From IMG/VR virus record IMGVR_UViG_3300033693_000005, positions 2,055-66,054 of that record: a stretch of 64,000 nucleotides of DNA, one strand, 5' to 3'. The translations under genes and the position numbers were made by a program. The notes under the pieces were generated by a model. The model was not told where the DNA came from and made no database searches. It saw only the letters and a program-made list of their open reading frames with translations. Shown piece by piece: positions 36,483-47,171 of the stretch. The stretch's first letter is position 1. Every line of letters begins with the position of its first letter. The stretch is from a virus.

Positions 36483-36659
36483 TTAATCACCTATTTCTTC
36501 TAGCTCTTTTTCATCATCTTCTTCTAACATACTTTTTAAAAGACCATATTGACCTTCTAATCTAAGTTTATTCTCTTTTAATTGAGTAATTTGATCATCA
36601 AGTTTCTTATAAGCTTGTTCAACCTCGTTAACTTTTTCTTTAATTTCTTCCTTATTCAC
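36483..36659 (-). CDS. small coiled-coil protein (58 aa)
   Basis: read by hand: GTG start, MNKEEIKEKVNEVEQAY...; GGAGG RBS. Confidence 0.55.
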   Translation of the reverse strand: MNKEEIKEKVNEVEQAYKKLDDQITQLKENKLRLEGQYGLLKSMLEEDDEKELEEIGD

Positions 36660-36680
36660 CTTATTCCCTCCTTATTTAAA

Positions 36681-36698
36681 GAGGGAAATTAATCCCTC
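36681..36698 (-). terminator. hairpin after the putative major tail gene
   Basis: GAGGGA-6 nt-TCCCTC. Confidence 0.5.
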
Positions 36699-36711
36699 TA
36701 TGTACTAATTA

Positions 36712-37200
36712 TTATACTCCAGTAGGATACTCTGTAATCCATGTCTCACTACCTGTGGGTTCGCTGAAGACTTTCTCATCCCATCTACCAGACAAGTTAA
36801 TATTAAACTCTCCAGTATTAGGAATATCATCAAGTTGGAAATTAGAGGTATTTAAGTTAGTTAAGAACATTGTAGAATCTACTCCAGCTGGAATAGTTCC
36901 TCCGTCTGGAATAATTTCTAACTTAACTACTAAACCATCTAAATTTTCATACTTAGCAAGACCTACACCAAAACCTCTAAATCTTTGTGAGAAGTCTACT
37001 GTCTTTTCTACCTGGATTCTCTTGTCACCTTTATAGGTTAATCCATCATATACACCTTCTGTATTATCAGGCTCATCTGGACTAAACCCTTCTCTGTACT
37101 CAATAGCTTCATACACCCAAGCAGCACCATCATAATGCCCAATACTGACTTCAATCTCATTACCATACCAAATATCAGTTAGGTTGGAATCAAATGCCAT
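36712..37200 (-). CDS. putative major tail (tube) protein
   Basis: 162 aa, acidic and beta-rich, followed by a terminator, upstream of the TAC genes. Confidence 0.5.
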   Translation of the reverse strand: MAFDSNLTDIWYGNEIEVSIGHYDGAAWVYEAIEYREGFSPDEPDNTEGVYDGLTYKGDKRIQVEKTVDFSQRFRGFGVGLAKYENLDGLVVKLEIIPDGGTIPAGVDSTMFLTNLNTSNFQLDDIPNTGEFNINLSGRWDEKVFSEPTGSETWITEYPTGV

Positions 37201-37206
37201 TTAATC

Positions 37207-37464
37207 TCACTCCTTCAATTTTTGTATTAACCCCTCTAGGAAACCTAGTGTCTCTCTAGGAAGCTCATTGTAATTATCTAAAATACTTTTTCTTAATAAT
37301 TCTTTACTATGTTCGTCACCTTCAACTACTTTATCGAGTAAATTTAAATCACCAACCATATCATTTCTAATACCCTTAATTTCTTGGTAATAATTTACAA
37401 TTAATAAAGCAAGCTGCTTATCATCTAAATCCAAAAATTCCTCTAAAACTTTATTTTCTACCAT
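37207..37464 (-). CDS. hypothetical protein
   Basis: ORF in the structural operon. Confidence 0.5.
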   Translation of the reverse strand: MVENKVLEEFLDLDDKQLALLIVNYYQEIKGIRNDMVGDLNLLDKVVEGDEHSKELLRKSILDNYNELPRETLGFLEGLIQKLKE

Positions 37465-37476
37465 TCCCTTTTCCTC

Positions 37477-37917
37477 CTAATAAGTGATATATTTTAGCCA
37501 ATCTTCTAACCTGTTAAAGTATGTATCATGTTCTGTAGTACTTCTTCCAATACTGTCTGCCATTTTCTTTTTAGCTATTGCTCTATCTAACTTATTTTCT
37601 AAAGACTCTTTACTGTCCAAGCTAGCATTTCTTCTAACTGATAGTCCTCCAACACTAAAGTTTACATTAGATCTTCTATTCAACATCTCTATTTGAGCAT
37701 TAATGATAAATAAGAATTGATCTACAACATTAACTTCAGGCTCAATTTGTAAAGTATCTCTATCTACTACATAGTCATGAGAATAGTTTATCTGAATACT
37801 CTCTAATGAGTCTGCAATATACTCAGCTAGAATAGTGTCTGCATAAGAATAAGGTGTTTCATTGTCTCCAATAGCTCGTCTAAATTTAGGTACAATCTCA
37901 TCCATTATGGAGGTCAT
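37477..37917 (-). CDS. putative head-tail adaptor
   Basis: helical, FRRAIGD N-terminus and FSVGGLSV hairpin typical of connectors. Confidence 0.5.
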   Translation of the reverse strand: MTSIMDEIVPKFRRAIGDNETPYSYADTILAEYIADSLESIQINYSHDYVVDRDTLQIEPEVNVVDQFLFIINAQIEMLNRRSNVNFSVGGLSVRRNASLDSKESLENKLDRAIAKKKMADSIGRSTTEHDTYFNRLEDWLKYITY

Positions 37918-37929
37918 TTAAACACCCCC

Positions 37930-38301
37930 TTAATCTAATTTACTTTTATGAATGCCACAATATTGTGGCTCTTCTTCAGGGTACTTTGCCTCATTTTGAC
38001 ACTGAGTACCACTTGAAGTAATAGCTTGACATTGTGTAATTTCTTCTTCAGTTTCTTCTTCCTCTTCGACAACTTCAATTTTAGCAGTCTCTATTACTTT
38101 TTCTTCTTTGTTAAAGTACTCTTCAGCTGGAATGTCTTTACCATCTTTGTTGATTATGAACTTGTATCCTCTTTTAACAAGGTTTTCTAACTTATCTTCA
38201 TCTCTAACCAAGCTATAAGACTTTTTACCAACAATAGTTGTGCCAACCAAAGGCAAGGCACCTCCACCTTTATATTTAACTCTTAGCATTATTAAAACCA
38301 C
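37930..38301 (-). CDS. hypothetical protein with C-terminal CCCH zinc motif
   Basis: CQAITSSGTQC...YCGIH. Confidence 0.55.
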   Translation of the reverse strand: MVLIMLRVKYKGGGALPLVGTTIVGKKSYSLVRDEDKLENLVKRGYKFIINKDGKDIPAEEYFNKEEKVIETAKIEVVEEEEETEEEITQCQAITSSGTQCQNEAKYPEEEPQYCGIHKSKLD

Positions 38302-38305
38302 TCCT

Positions 38306-39631
38306 TTATTCCATATTCATAATTTCTTTTTTTGTTAAGTCTCTAGTACTAGGATGTTTGTGATTCGTGACATCTTGAAAAACTCTATAATGTATTCCAA
38401 ATCTTTTAGCTACCTTTTTCTTAGTGAAGTCATTATTTTCATAAACTTTATAAGCTTTTATGCACAAGTCTTTAGGATATTCTCCTACCTGCTTTATACC
38501 CTCTCTAACTTTTTCTTTAAAACGACATATTTCTGGCATATTTTTTGTACTCCAGTGTTTATGCTTAGCTATTTTACTCATGGTACTTCTCCCAAAAGGA
38601 AAGTCTTTACTAGCCTCAATAAAAGTTATATCATTTTGATAATAATAGATGTATGCTTCTAAACATTTCTTTCTATCTGTTTTATCACCTCTTGAAGCAC
38701 TTCTATCCTTATTTTTAAAACCCTTTACTCGTTCATCTAGAGGCATATTTTCAGTACTCCAATGATTGTAATGTATTATTTTACTCACTGTATTTTTCTT
38801 CACACCTGTTCTCTTAGAAACTTCTATTTGACTAAGTCTTGAATTAGCATATAAGTAATAAACTTCTAAACATTTCTTTTTAGAGTATTTACCTACATTG
38901 TTCTTTAATTCATTAGGTATATCATCTTCTCTACAAAAAGCAGGCATATTCTTTGTAGACCAATGAGTATGGTTTAATATCTCCAGCACTGTCGCATAAT
39001 TCATAGGAAAGTGTTTTGCTACTTCTGACTTCGGACATTTATTATCTTTCCAGTACTTATAAACTTCTAAACACTCATGTTTAGTATATAAACATCCGCC
39101 CGAGTTGAAGCCACCTTTATTCTTACCTTTTTTCAACCTACAGAACTTGGGCATATTCCTAGTTGACCAATGCTCGTGATTAACTATTTTTCTAACTAAT
39201 GCTCTTCCAACATTATACTCATCAGCCAAACTCCTTTGATAAATATCAGAAGTATGGTAAGTATAGTATATATTCATACAATCATTTTTGGTTAAGGTTA
39301 CTGTATTATTATTTTCACCCCTTTTATAGAGAAAGCTTAAATCTCCTTTAGTTTGGTTGTAACCTTCATAATAACTATTAAATAAATCCATTATGTAGTA
39401 TTGTTCGACTCTAGACAAGTCTTCAACAGGGATATCCTTATCTACAACAACCATGTCAAAAACTTCTTCCCCATACTTATTAAATGATCCTTGTAAGTGG
39501 GAGTTCCTGTGCTTATCCTGCCTTAGTTTACTAAAATGATTAATTATCCTTCTTTTAAAATCAATAGTTTGTCCTATATAAACTTTACCATTAACTCTAT
39601 TTACTATTTTATAAATTACTCCTGTTTCCAT
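38306..39631 (-). CDS. GIY-YIG homing endonuclease with five tandem HTH-like repeats
   Basis: VIYKIVN...VYIGQT..RR...H; repeats ending HWSTxNMP. Confidence 0.8.
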   Translation of the reverse strand: METGVIYKIVNRVNGKVYIGQTIDFKRRIINHFSKLRQDKHRNSHLQGSFNKYGEEVFDMVVVDKDIPVEDLSRVEQYYIMDLFNSYYEGYNQTKGDLSFLYKRGENNNTVTLTKNDCMNIYYTYHTSDIYQRSLADEYNVGRALVRKIVNHEHWSTRNMPKFCRLKKGKNKGGFNSGGCLYTKHECLEVYKYWKDNKCPKSEVAKHFPMNYATVLEILNHTHWSTKNMPAFCREDDIPNELKNNVGKYSKKKCLEVYYLYANSRLSQIEVSKRTGVKKNTVSKIIHYNHWSTENMPLDERVKGFKNKDRSASRGDKTDRKKCLEAYIYYYQNDITFIEASKDFPFGRSTMSKIAKHKHWSTKNMPEICRFKEKVREGIKQVGEYPKDLCIKAYKVYENNDFTKKKVAKRFGIHYRVFQDVTNHKHPSTRDLTKKEIMNME

Positions 39632-39655
39632 TCCCTCATCTCCTTATTATTTAAA

Positions 39656-39676
39656 GGGGGACTTTTCCTATCCCCC
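39656..39676 (-). terminator. intrinsic terminator after the major capsid gene
   Basis: GGGGGA-9 nt-TCCCCC, followed by TTT on the minus strand. Confidence 0.6.
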
Positions 39677-39691
39677 TATATACTCTGCTAA

Positions 39692-40777
39692 CTAACCTGT
39701 ATACTCATCAAACACAATTCTTGCAAAGTTCTTTTTCTGATATCCAGGCTGGAATTGAACAATTCCACGAGTCATTGTGTAATAAATTCTAGACGCATCC
39801 TCATCACGATATACATCATCTAACTCAGATACGGTTCTAAATTCACCAGCAGGTTCATTGGTACTTACCCACATTTCAATTTCCCCATTTTCATTACCTT
39901 CTGTACCATCAAGTGTATGAACAGGTACGAGATTTACAGGGTAGCCAAATAGGTTACTTAGCATACCGTTTCTTGCGATCTCTTCATACATACTCTCAGG
40001 TAATGTAGATTGGCTGCTAGCAGAAGTGGTTATCCAATCGTAGATGTCCTTTATCCTGTTCGCCGGAACATAAATCGCCCCGATTCTGAGGTTCAGTCTA
40101 TTGAAGTGGTCTGCTAAAGTTTTAAAGATATCTAATGTCAATCCTCCTTCAGCAGAAGCATCAATATTATTTGTCTCTGGGAAGTTTTTATAGTCTTCAT
40201 CTAAGAAAATTTGCATATCTTCTTCAAGAGTACTAGTAGCATTATCTACTAAACCATCTCTAAGTAGAGACCACATATCTTTATTAATTCTTTTTGTCAT
40301 TCCTCTTGTGAGCTTATCTCTCATTTTTTGCTCATTAGAAATATCCCCCTGCTTTAAAGACAACTTATTCATATGTACCTCGGGTGTTTGAATGAAGTAA
40401 GGATGCAATCTCACTAAACCTCCATCTGAAATGTATGTCTTAGAAGGAGTACCACCGTGTTGAGACATGAAGGATACCTCAGCTTTTGGCTTAGAATCGA
40501 ACTCTAATTCATACCACATTGGGTCTCCAAGCCCTACACTGCCTACATTGAAAAAGTCTGAAACAAAAGACTCAGCATATACATTCAAGTCTACTTTGGG
40601 AATTAACTCCTCAGCATACTCTTTCTGAAGCCCTTCATCACTTGCCATTCTTTTCAAAAACTCTTGTTTCTTCTCTTTTGGTACCTTCTTGCTTTCTTCT
40701 TGTTTAGCTTTAGCTTTCTCAAAAATATCTCTATTAGAAGGTTGACCAAACTTTAATTTTGTATCTAATTTACTCAT
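39692..40777 (-). CDS. major capsid protein
   Basis: 361 aa after the scaffold and decoration genes, followed by a terminator; optimised codon use. Confidence 0.75.
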   Translation of the reverse strand: MSKLDTKLKFGQPSNRDIFEKAKAKQEESKKVPKEKKQEFLKRMASDEGLQKEYAEELIPKVDLNVYAESFVSDFFNVGSVGLGDPMWYELEFDSKPKAEVSFMSQHGGTPSKTYISDGGLVRLHPYFIQTPEVHMNKLSLKQGDISNEQKMRDKLTRGMTKRINKDMWSLLRDGLVDNATSTLEEDMQIFLDEDYKNFPETNNIDASAEGGLTLDIFKTLADHFNRLNLRIGAIYVPANRIKDIYDWITTSASSQSTLPESMYEEIARNGMLSNLFGYPVNLVPVHTLDGTEGNENGEIEMWVSTNEPAGEFRTVSELDDVYRDEDASRIYYTMTRGIVQFQPGYQKKNFARIVFDEYTG

Positions 40778-40798
40778 TTATTTTCACTCCTTAATTAT

Positions 40799-41290
40799 TT
40801 ATTTTAAAAGTACTTTTACAAATTCAGCACCATCAGATTCAACAGCTGTACCAACTACAACTCCACTACCTGCTGTTGGGTCTGTAGCAGAAAGAACCCC
40901 ACTAGCTACATATAAGTCATCGCCAGCAGTAATAGTAGAAGCATTATCTACTAAATTAGTCTCAATAATACCATAAGGTTTAGCTAATACAATAGTGAAG
41001 GGATCACCAGGTTTAACTTCATCTCTCATAATATCTGATACTAACCATTCCATATCAGTAAGTTCTTCACTAATTCTAGAATATAGATAAGCATCAGGCT
41101 TTACCCCATCACCTGCAACAGCAACAGTATTCATGTCACCATTAAATACTACAGGAGTACCATCCATTGTCTCTACATTAATACCAGTAGCAGTTAAAAG
41201 ATCTTCTCCTACATCAGTTGTTCTCTTCCCTTTGAAACTAAAACCAGCTACAAAGTGAGTATTTCTCACAAAATTATTTGTTAAGCTCAT
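40799..41290 (-). CDS. head decoration / cement protein
   Basis: small, beta-rich, immediately upstream of MCP. Confidence 0.55.
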   Translation of the reverse strand: MSLTNNFVRNTHFVAGFSFKGKRTTDVGEDLLTATGINVETMDGTPVVFNGDMNTVAVAGDGVKPDAYLYSRISEELTDMEWLVSDIMRDEVKPGDPFTIVLAKPYGIIETNLVDNASTITAGDDLYVASGVLSATDPTAGSGVVVGTAVESDGAEFVKVLLK

Positions 41291-41305
41291 TATTTATCCT
41301 CCTTA

Positions 41306-42424
41306 TTAAAGTAAGTCAATTAAGTCTTTATCGCTAAAATCTTCTTTATCCAAGTCAATATCAGTTGGATCAAAGCCCTCTTCTTTTTCAGAAGCTTCTT
41401 CTTTCTCAGTCTCTTCCTTTTCTTTCTTTTCAGCAGCTTGAGCAAAACCTTTTAGCATAAGTTCAAAAGATTTATCTGTCATTTCAAGAATATCCTCTTC
41501 ACTAGCTTCAAGACTTTCTAAATTAATATCTTTTTCAGCTAAAGCAGACTTTCTTTCATTTAACTTTTTCTCTCTAGCCACCTCTTGCTTATACTCAGCA
41601 TATTCTTTCTGAACCTCTTTATACTTTTCAACTACATCTTCAACCTTTTCAACATCTTCATCTTCCAGATTAGCAATAACTTTCTCTACATAATCTGCTT
41701 CAAATTCTTTTTTCTGAGCTTCTAAAAACTCATTAAACTCTTCTTCTGTTTCAAATTCTTTATACATAGTATTATTTTCCTCCTCATTTTCCTCAATAAT
41801 TTCTACATTTTCATCTTTTTCAAATTTACTTGCTATAACCTTCTCAATGTCAAGAGTTTTATCAGCAGCATTTTCAGTAAGTGCAGCACCTGAATACTCA
41901 GAAGGGATAATCACCCTTGCTACTTTCTTACCATCAACAATACTACCTCTTCTATCCACATACTCCTCAGCTTCTGGCTTGTCTATTCTCTCATCACCAT
42001 GTAATATATAGTAATCATTGAAATAGACTTCCATACTAATCTGATAGTCACCGTTCTTAATAGCATCTACAGAAATATCAAACTCATCAAGAACAGATTT
42101 CCAAAGAACAGCTTCACACTTAATTCTTCCAATATTCCCTTCCTCAAATTCAGAAGAAGTAATAGCCCCAACATTAATCCAACCTCTATGCTCTAAATTA
42201 ATATAACCAAAGTTTACTGTATCAAACTTCTCTTTAGTAGCATCATAATCATATGTATCTCCGTTGGCATTAATTGTAGGTGCAGTCCTTAAGAGTGGGA
42301 ACTCTATCCGAACTTTATTGGAATGAGAATCTATAGCAGCTTCAGATTTTTCTATAAAACTAGGTTTAATCTGAATCTTTACTTTATCCATCATTCTCAC
42401 CCCCTTCTTCTGGGATTTCTTCAT
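41306..42424 (-). CDS. prohead protease / scaffold
   Basis: INLEH, ISME and AALT-like motifs with an acidic coiled C-terminus. Confidence 0.6.
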   Translation of the reverse strand: MKKSQKKGVRMMDKVKIQIKPSFIEKSEAAIDSHSNKVRIEFPLLRTAPTINANGDTYDYDATKEKFDTVNFGYINLEHRGWINVGAITSSEFEEGNIGRIKCEAVLWKSVLDEFDISVDAIKNGDYQISMEVYFNDYYILHGDERIDKPEAEEYVDRRGSIVDGKKVARVIIPSEYSGAALTENAADKTLDIEKVIASKFEKDENVEIIEENEEENNTMYKEFETEEEFNEFLEAQKKEFEADYVEKVIANLEDEDVEKVEDVVEKYKEVQKEYAEYKQEVAREKKLNERKSALAEKDINLESLEASEEDILEMTDKSFELMLKGFAQAAEKKEKEETEKEEASEKEEGFDPTDIDLDKEDFSDKDLIDLL

Positions 42425-43871
42425 CTATTTCCTCAGTATCCTCTGTTTGTTGATCCTCTTCCATTTCCATTTCTTTTCTCAAGAAAGATTTCATGTTTAC
42501 ATCCTGTGAGGGTTCAAATGGAACTGTCACATACTCTAAGTATTTTTCTTTCTTACCTTCCTCAGACTTAATATTAACCTCTTCATCAAAATCAAAGTCA
42601 TATGTATCTAATGCAGTCTCAGGAGATAATAAACCATGCTTATAGAGGAATGTAATAGTTTCTAGTGTATCAGCATTACTCATTAAGTTAAGGTTAGAGA
42701 ATTTAACTTTAGGCAATTTTAAGTTGTCACCATAAGTTTTAATACCTTTCTTTTCTGCAATCTTTTTATAAATTTTATGAATAGAATCTCTAATTTCTTG
42801 TCTAGCTTTCTTAATATCTTCATAAAGCATATTAGATTTAATTTCAGCACTTCCTTGATTATTGTCTTCACCAAGAAAAGCATCTAAACCAGACCAAGCA
42901 ATAATTCTATCAATCACAGGTTTATACTTTTCAGGAGAATAAACATCCCCGTCTGGTATAATCCACTTAGCATCCATAAACCACTGAGTAAATATTTCAG
43001 CTGACTCTGAAGGATTTTGGAATAACTTCTCAGCTTGTTCTAGAATATCATCATCTACAGGTTCACCTTCAAATAAATCCTTATCTCCAACTTTAACTTG
43101 TAAAATAGCTTTTTTTATCTTATAAGCTACGCTATAATCACTTTCTTTATACATAGATAGTAAAGCTAAATCATCAAATACAGGTTCAATAGGTGTTCTA
43201 GCATAATTCTCATGATAAGCTTTTTGATTAGTACATCTAAAAATCTCATCTTCATCAAATAATACTTCTTTACCTTTTGACCATTTCTGATAATACTTAG
43301 TTGGAATAACTTCCCTAACTCTTTTTCTAACTTCCTCGTCTGGGTCATTAATTAAATTCACTATTTCAGGATTAGGCTTTAAGTAGATTAAATCCTTACC
43401 AAAAACACTTTTAACTTTTACCTCAGTTGGATTCAGAATAGTTAATTTTGCTAACTCATCTCCCCTCCAACTTAAGTAAGGATACCATTCACCTACAACC
43501 TCGTGCTCAAAAGCAGCATTCTCTGCATACTGTTTAATGTCAAGTCTTTCATTAATTTCCTTGTACTGTTTTTCTATGTCAGGATCCTCATGATAAACTC
43601 TCAAACCATCTACTATATAAGCTACTTTAAGCATTATAATTCTATATAAAAGCCCCACACCCCAGACAAAGTCTCTAGATAACTTTATCTTTTGCTCTCT
43701 ACTTAATCTACTCTTAAAGAGGTTTCTAAGTGAGGCTTTATTACCTGAAACAAACTGATTATATAAATCATCTGATGTATAATTAAAATATCGACTAAGA
43801 GTTCTCGAAGCTTTACCTAGTTCAAATTTCTCTTCTTCTTGTTTTACATCTTCTTCAGCAATAATTTCCAC
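42384..43871 (-). CDS. portal protein
   Basis: 495 aa directly after TerL, acidic tail. Confidence 0.7.
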   Translation of the reverse strand: MEIIAEEDVKQEEEKFELGKASRTLSRYFNYTSDDLYNQFVSGNKASLRNLFKSRLSREQKIKLSRDFVWGVGLLYRIIMLKVAYIVDGLRVYHEDPDIEKQYKEINERLDIKQYAENAAFEHEVVGEWYPYLSWRGDELAKLTILNPTEVKVKSVFGKDLIYLKPNPEIVNLINDPDEEVRKRVREVIPTKYYQKWSKGKEVLFDEDEIFRCTNQKAYHENYARTPIEPVFDDLALLSMYKESDYSVAYKIKKAILQVKVGDKDLFEGEPVDDDILEQAEKLFQNPSESAEIFTQWFMDAKWIIPDGDVYSPEKYKPVIDRIIAWSGLDAFLGEDNNQGSAEIKSNMLYEDIKKARQEIRDSIHKIYKKIAEKKGIKTYGDNLKLPKVKFSNLNLMSNADTLETITFLYKHGLLSPETALDTYDFDFDEEVNIKSEEGKKEKYLEYVTVPFEPSQDVNMKSFLRKEMEMEEDQQTEDTEEIDEEIPEEGGENDG

Positions 43872-43876
43872 CTCCC

Positions 43877-45541
43877 CTAATTAGACCATTTTCCAAGAGT
43901 AAATCCGTCTGAAGGAGTTCTCTTATAAGTGTCTTTAATCATTTCATCTGCCATATAGCAACCTAATTCACAAACTGTCCATCTATCTTTAGTCTGTCTA
44001 GAATCTTCAGGAACATACTTTACAACATTGTTATAAGCTTTTATTTTAATAGCAGTAATCTCATAAATAGTATTCTTAATTTCTTGATAAGCTTTTTCTT
44101 CCTTCTTAGATTTATATCCTGTTACTGGGTCAGCAGGAATTTTAAACCTACCTTTCTCAATCTCAGATAAGAAGTGTCTAGCCCTTTCCTCGTTAGTGCT
44201 GTTTGTAAAGTTGTGAATTTGTAAGAGCTTTCTTATTTGATGTTCATCACCATATTTCTTTTGAACATACTTCAGCTGCTCTTTATCATCTTTATCAATA
44301 ATAATGTCTCCTACATAACCATCATCATACTCATAAGGTTCTGCTAAACCATCTTTAATATTTTTGTTTCTTTGGTCAGCAACTATAAGAACTATATTAA
44401 ACTTTCTCATAATATCTCTTACAACTTTAATCTTCTCTTTTATAAAAGCTTGATTCATTGTAACCATTCTTACAAGCCTTTTCTTATTTCCATCTAACTT
44501 GATTACAGCAGCAGCAAAATTATCCTGTCCTTGATCTGCATCATCAAAAGCTAATATGTATTTATGATTAGGAATACCATCTTCATCATATTCCTGTTCG
44601 AATTCTATCTGAGTCTTAGGAACTGAATACTTACCTTTCTCCTCATCAATTAATTTAGGATGGTCTATCGCTCTTTCATCTAATAGTTTATAAGAGATAA
44701 AACCACCTGTATCATCTGGAAAGATATTTAGGTACTCCATTTTTCTTGTAATAGGATCTGCATTATAGTATTCTTCTAATACCATGTCATTCTCAAATTT
44801 TCCACCCTTGAGTCCATCTATAAAATCATAAGTGATAATATCATAATCTTCATTACCTTCAGCAATTTTATCCTGATACATTTGATATTGCTTATAATAA
44901 TCATTCCAAGTAAATGAAGCGGTTGAAGCAATTATAAGCTGGTTACCAATATCAGTTTCATCTTCCTCTACACCATCTCTCTTAGTAAAAAGCATAGGCT
45001 TAAGAATTTGGTCAACCATTTCATTCATGCTCCCATTATGAGGGAATCCGTACTCATCGACCATAACTATGTTATATCCTTTAGAACGAATATTAGGGTT
45101 TAAAGGTAATGCCTCTATCTTAGAACCATTTTTTAAGTTAATTAACCAACTTGTACTTCCATGTTTAGGTCTATCAATTACCTCTGCCATAAATAATGGA
45201 CTTTTCTTATAAATCTTTTCAACCTCATTGAATACTGTCTGTGCCTGTCTAAACACAGGGGCAGTAATTCCAATTTTAATATCTTCGTATAAGAGAGCTT
45301 TTAAAGCAAAATAAACAGCAGAAGTAAATGTTTTACCAGTACGTCTACTACACAGCAACATTGGTCTCTTATTACGCCACAGTCGCTCTAATATGTCTTT
45401 CTGGTAGAAGGTAAGGTCTATACCTAATAGCATCTCTGCCCCTAATACAGGGTATCTCTTAGCTGTATAATAAAGCATTGACAGGTTCTTAAGAGTTTCT
45501 TTTCTTTTATTCTCCATCATCATCACCCATAACTTCTTCAA
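43877..45541 (-). CDS. terL: terminase large subunit
   Basis: CSRRTGKT Walker A, MVDE Walker B, AFDDA and KDRW nuclease motifs. Confidence 0.85.
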   Translation of the reverse strand: MKKLWVMMMENKRKETLKNLSMLYYTAKRYPVLGAEMLLGIDLTFYQKDILERLWRNKRPMLLCSRRTGKTFTSAVYFALKALLYEDIKIGITAPVFRQAQTVFNEVEKIYKKSPLFMAEVIDRPKHGSTSWLINLKNGSKIEALPLNPNIRSKGYNIVMVDEYGFPHNGSMNEMVDQILKPMLFTKRDGVEEDETDIGNQLIIASTASFTWNDYYKQYQMYQDKIAEGNEDYDIITYDFIDGLKGGKFENDMVLEEYYNADPITRKMEYLNIFPDDTGGFISYKLLDERAIDHPKLIDEEKGKYSVPKTQIEFEQEYDEDGIPNHKYILAFDDADQGQDNFAAAVIKLDGNKKRLVRMVTMNQAFIKEKIKVVRDIMRKFNIVLIVADQRNKNIKDGLAEPYEYDDGYVGDIIIDKDDKEQLKYVQKKYGDEHQIRKLLQIHNFTNSTNEERARHFLSEIEKGRFKIPADPVTGYKSKKEEKAYQEIKNTIYEITAIKIKAYNNVVKYVPEDSRQTKDRWTVCELGCYMADEMIKDTYKRTPSDGFTLGKWSN

Positions 45542-46358
45542 TCTCTTTTTCTATATCTAAGTCACCAGATTTAAGTTTCTTTCTTCTCTCCTCTGACTCT
45601 TCAATAGCTTCTCTTTCTTTAGCACGAGATTGCTCAATATCTTCTATCATGTCTTTAATTGATTTCTTATCAAAATCTTCATTAACCTTACTGTAAACAG
45701 ATAACTCTTTCTCATCTGTTCTCTGTCTCTCAATAATCTCTTCAAGATCATCTTTTAAGTCACCATAAACTGATAACTCACTTTTCTTTATGCTTGTAAA
45801 ATCTTTATCTAATGCTCTAGACTTGCTCACAGCCTCTTTTCTATATAAGTCTTTTATCTTTAATTCCTGCAAGACTAAGAAGTGTACAATAGCCATATCT
45901 TTTTCTGTAAAATGAACATCATCTGTATTTAAAATCTCATCTAATCTCTTCTCTAGATACTTCTGTTCTTGATCACTATACTCACCAGTATCAAATGCCA
46001 TTAAGTCTATAGGGAGTTTATTAGTATCCTTCTCTGATATATCCTCAGCATTCTTCTCTTTAGCTATCCTCAACCCAAATCTCTGTTTAATAGTTGATGT
46101 AAGCTTCTGGGGTAAACCAACAGCCTTATAGGGAATATCAATATCTTCTCCCCAACCACAATCATTGCAGATAACCTGGTTCCAGCTGTATCTGATATTT
46201 CTACCTTTACAGACTGGACAAACTTTCCTCTCATGGTTCTCTGCCATATAGTCAGACATTTTCTCTTTTACATCAGAGATAGCATCAAGAGATTCTTCAA
46301 CTAGTTCGTCATCAAATAAATGTTCATATTGTTTATATTTAAAATAACTTAATGCCAT
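45507..46358 (-). CDS. putative terminase small subunit with zinc ribbon
   Basis: CPVC..CNDCG; overlaps the TerL start. Confidence 0.4.
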   Translation of the reverse strand: MALSYFKYKQYEHLFDDELVEESLDAISDVKEKMSDYMAENHERKVCPVCKGRNIRYSWNQVICNDCGWGEDIDIPYKAVGLPQKLTSTIKQRFGLRIAKEKNAEDISEKDTNKLPIDLMAFDTGEYSDQEQKYLEKRLDEILNTDDVHFTEKDMAIVHFLVLQELKIKDLYRKEAVSKSRALDKDFTSIKKSELSVYGDLKDDLEEIIERQRTDEKELSVYSKVNEDFDKKSIKDMIEDIEQSRAKEREAIEESEERRKKLKSGDLDIEKEIEEVMGDDDGE

Positions 46359-46372
46359 TTCCTACACCTTCT

Positions 46373-47149
46373 TTAATTACCTAGTGTTATTTTATCTATC
46401 TTAACTTTCTGGTTACTCCTATCGCCTGTTAACTTAGCAATTGGAAAACCTAATAATACAGGAGGGTAACCTTTCATTTCTGAGTAGTTATCATCCCAAC
46501 CGAGTGCACTACCAGTATTTATAAAGTAATATCTTTTAGTACTAACCTTCATATTTCTAGCATCTGGAAATCTTTTAACTGAGTCATCACTAGATATTAA
46601 TCTATGTGTATGTCCCATACAATAAATATCAGCTTCAACTGTTTTATTCATCTTTTTCATTTTATTTAAAATACCACCATCTGTCCTAGCTCCAGTGGCT
46701 CCATGATGTATGTAATTATTTAAACAGCCTTTATTAAAAGACCACTTAATTAATACCGAATATCTAAAAAACTTTTCAGGTATACCTAACATTTTAAAAA
46801 TGAGTCTACTAGGGTTCATACCTACTTCTCTTACAGCTCTCTCATTATGATTACTCCCTACTCCAGCAACAATAATTTCTTTGTAAGGTTCTAATTTTTC
46901 AACCCAATAATCCATTTGCTGTTCTGGTGTTAAAACCTGCTCATAAGTGTTTCCAACACTGCTTGTAAGAGCCATTTCTGTAAGATCCCCCATAATAACT
47001 ATTCTTCCATTAGGTCTACTTGAAATCTCTTCTAAAGCATTATCCACAACATCTTCCCTGTAATTAGGATGACCTGTATGAGTATCTCCTAAGTATAAAA
47101 CATTAACCTCTTCAATACCTCTTCCAAACCTTTCCTGAATATAATCCAT
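46373..47149 (-). CDS. calcineurin-like metallophosphoesterase
   Basis: GDTH, MGD, SNH, GHTH. Confidence 0.8.
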   Translation of the reverse strand: MDYIQERFGRGIEEVNVLYLGDTHTGHPNYREDVVDNALEEISSRPNGRIVIMGDLTEMALTSSVGNTYEQVLTPEQQMDYWVEKLEPYKEIIVAGVGSNHNERAVREVGMNPSRLIFKMLGIPEKFFRYSVLIKWSFNKGCLNNYIHHGATGARTDGGILNKMKKMNKTVEADIYCMGHTHRLISSDDSVKRFPDARNMKVSTKRYYFINTGSALGWDDNYSEMKGYPPVLLGFPIAKLTGDRSNQKVKIDKITLGN

Positions 47150-47171
47150 TCCTTAATTCCTCCCTTGTATT

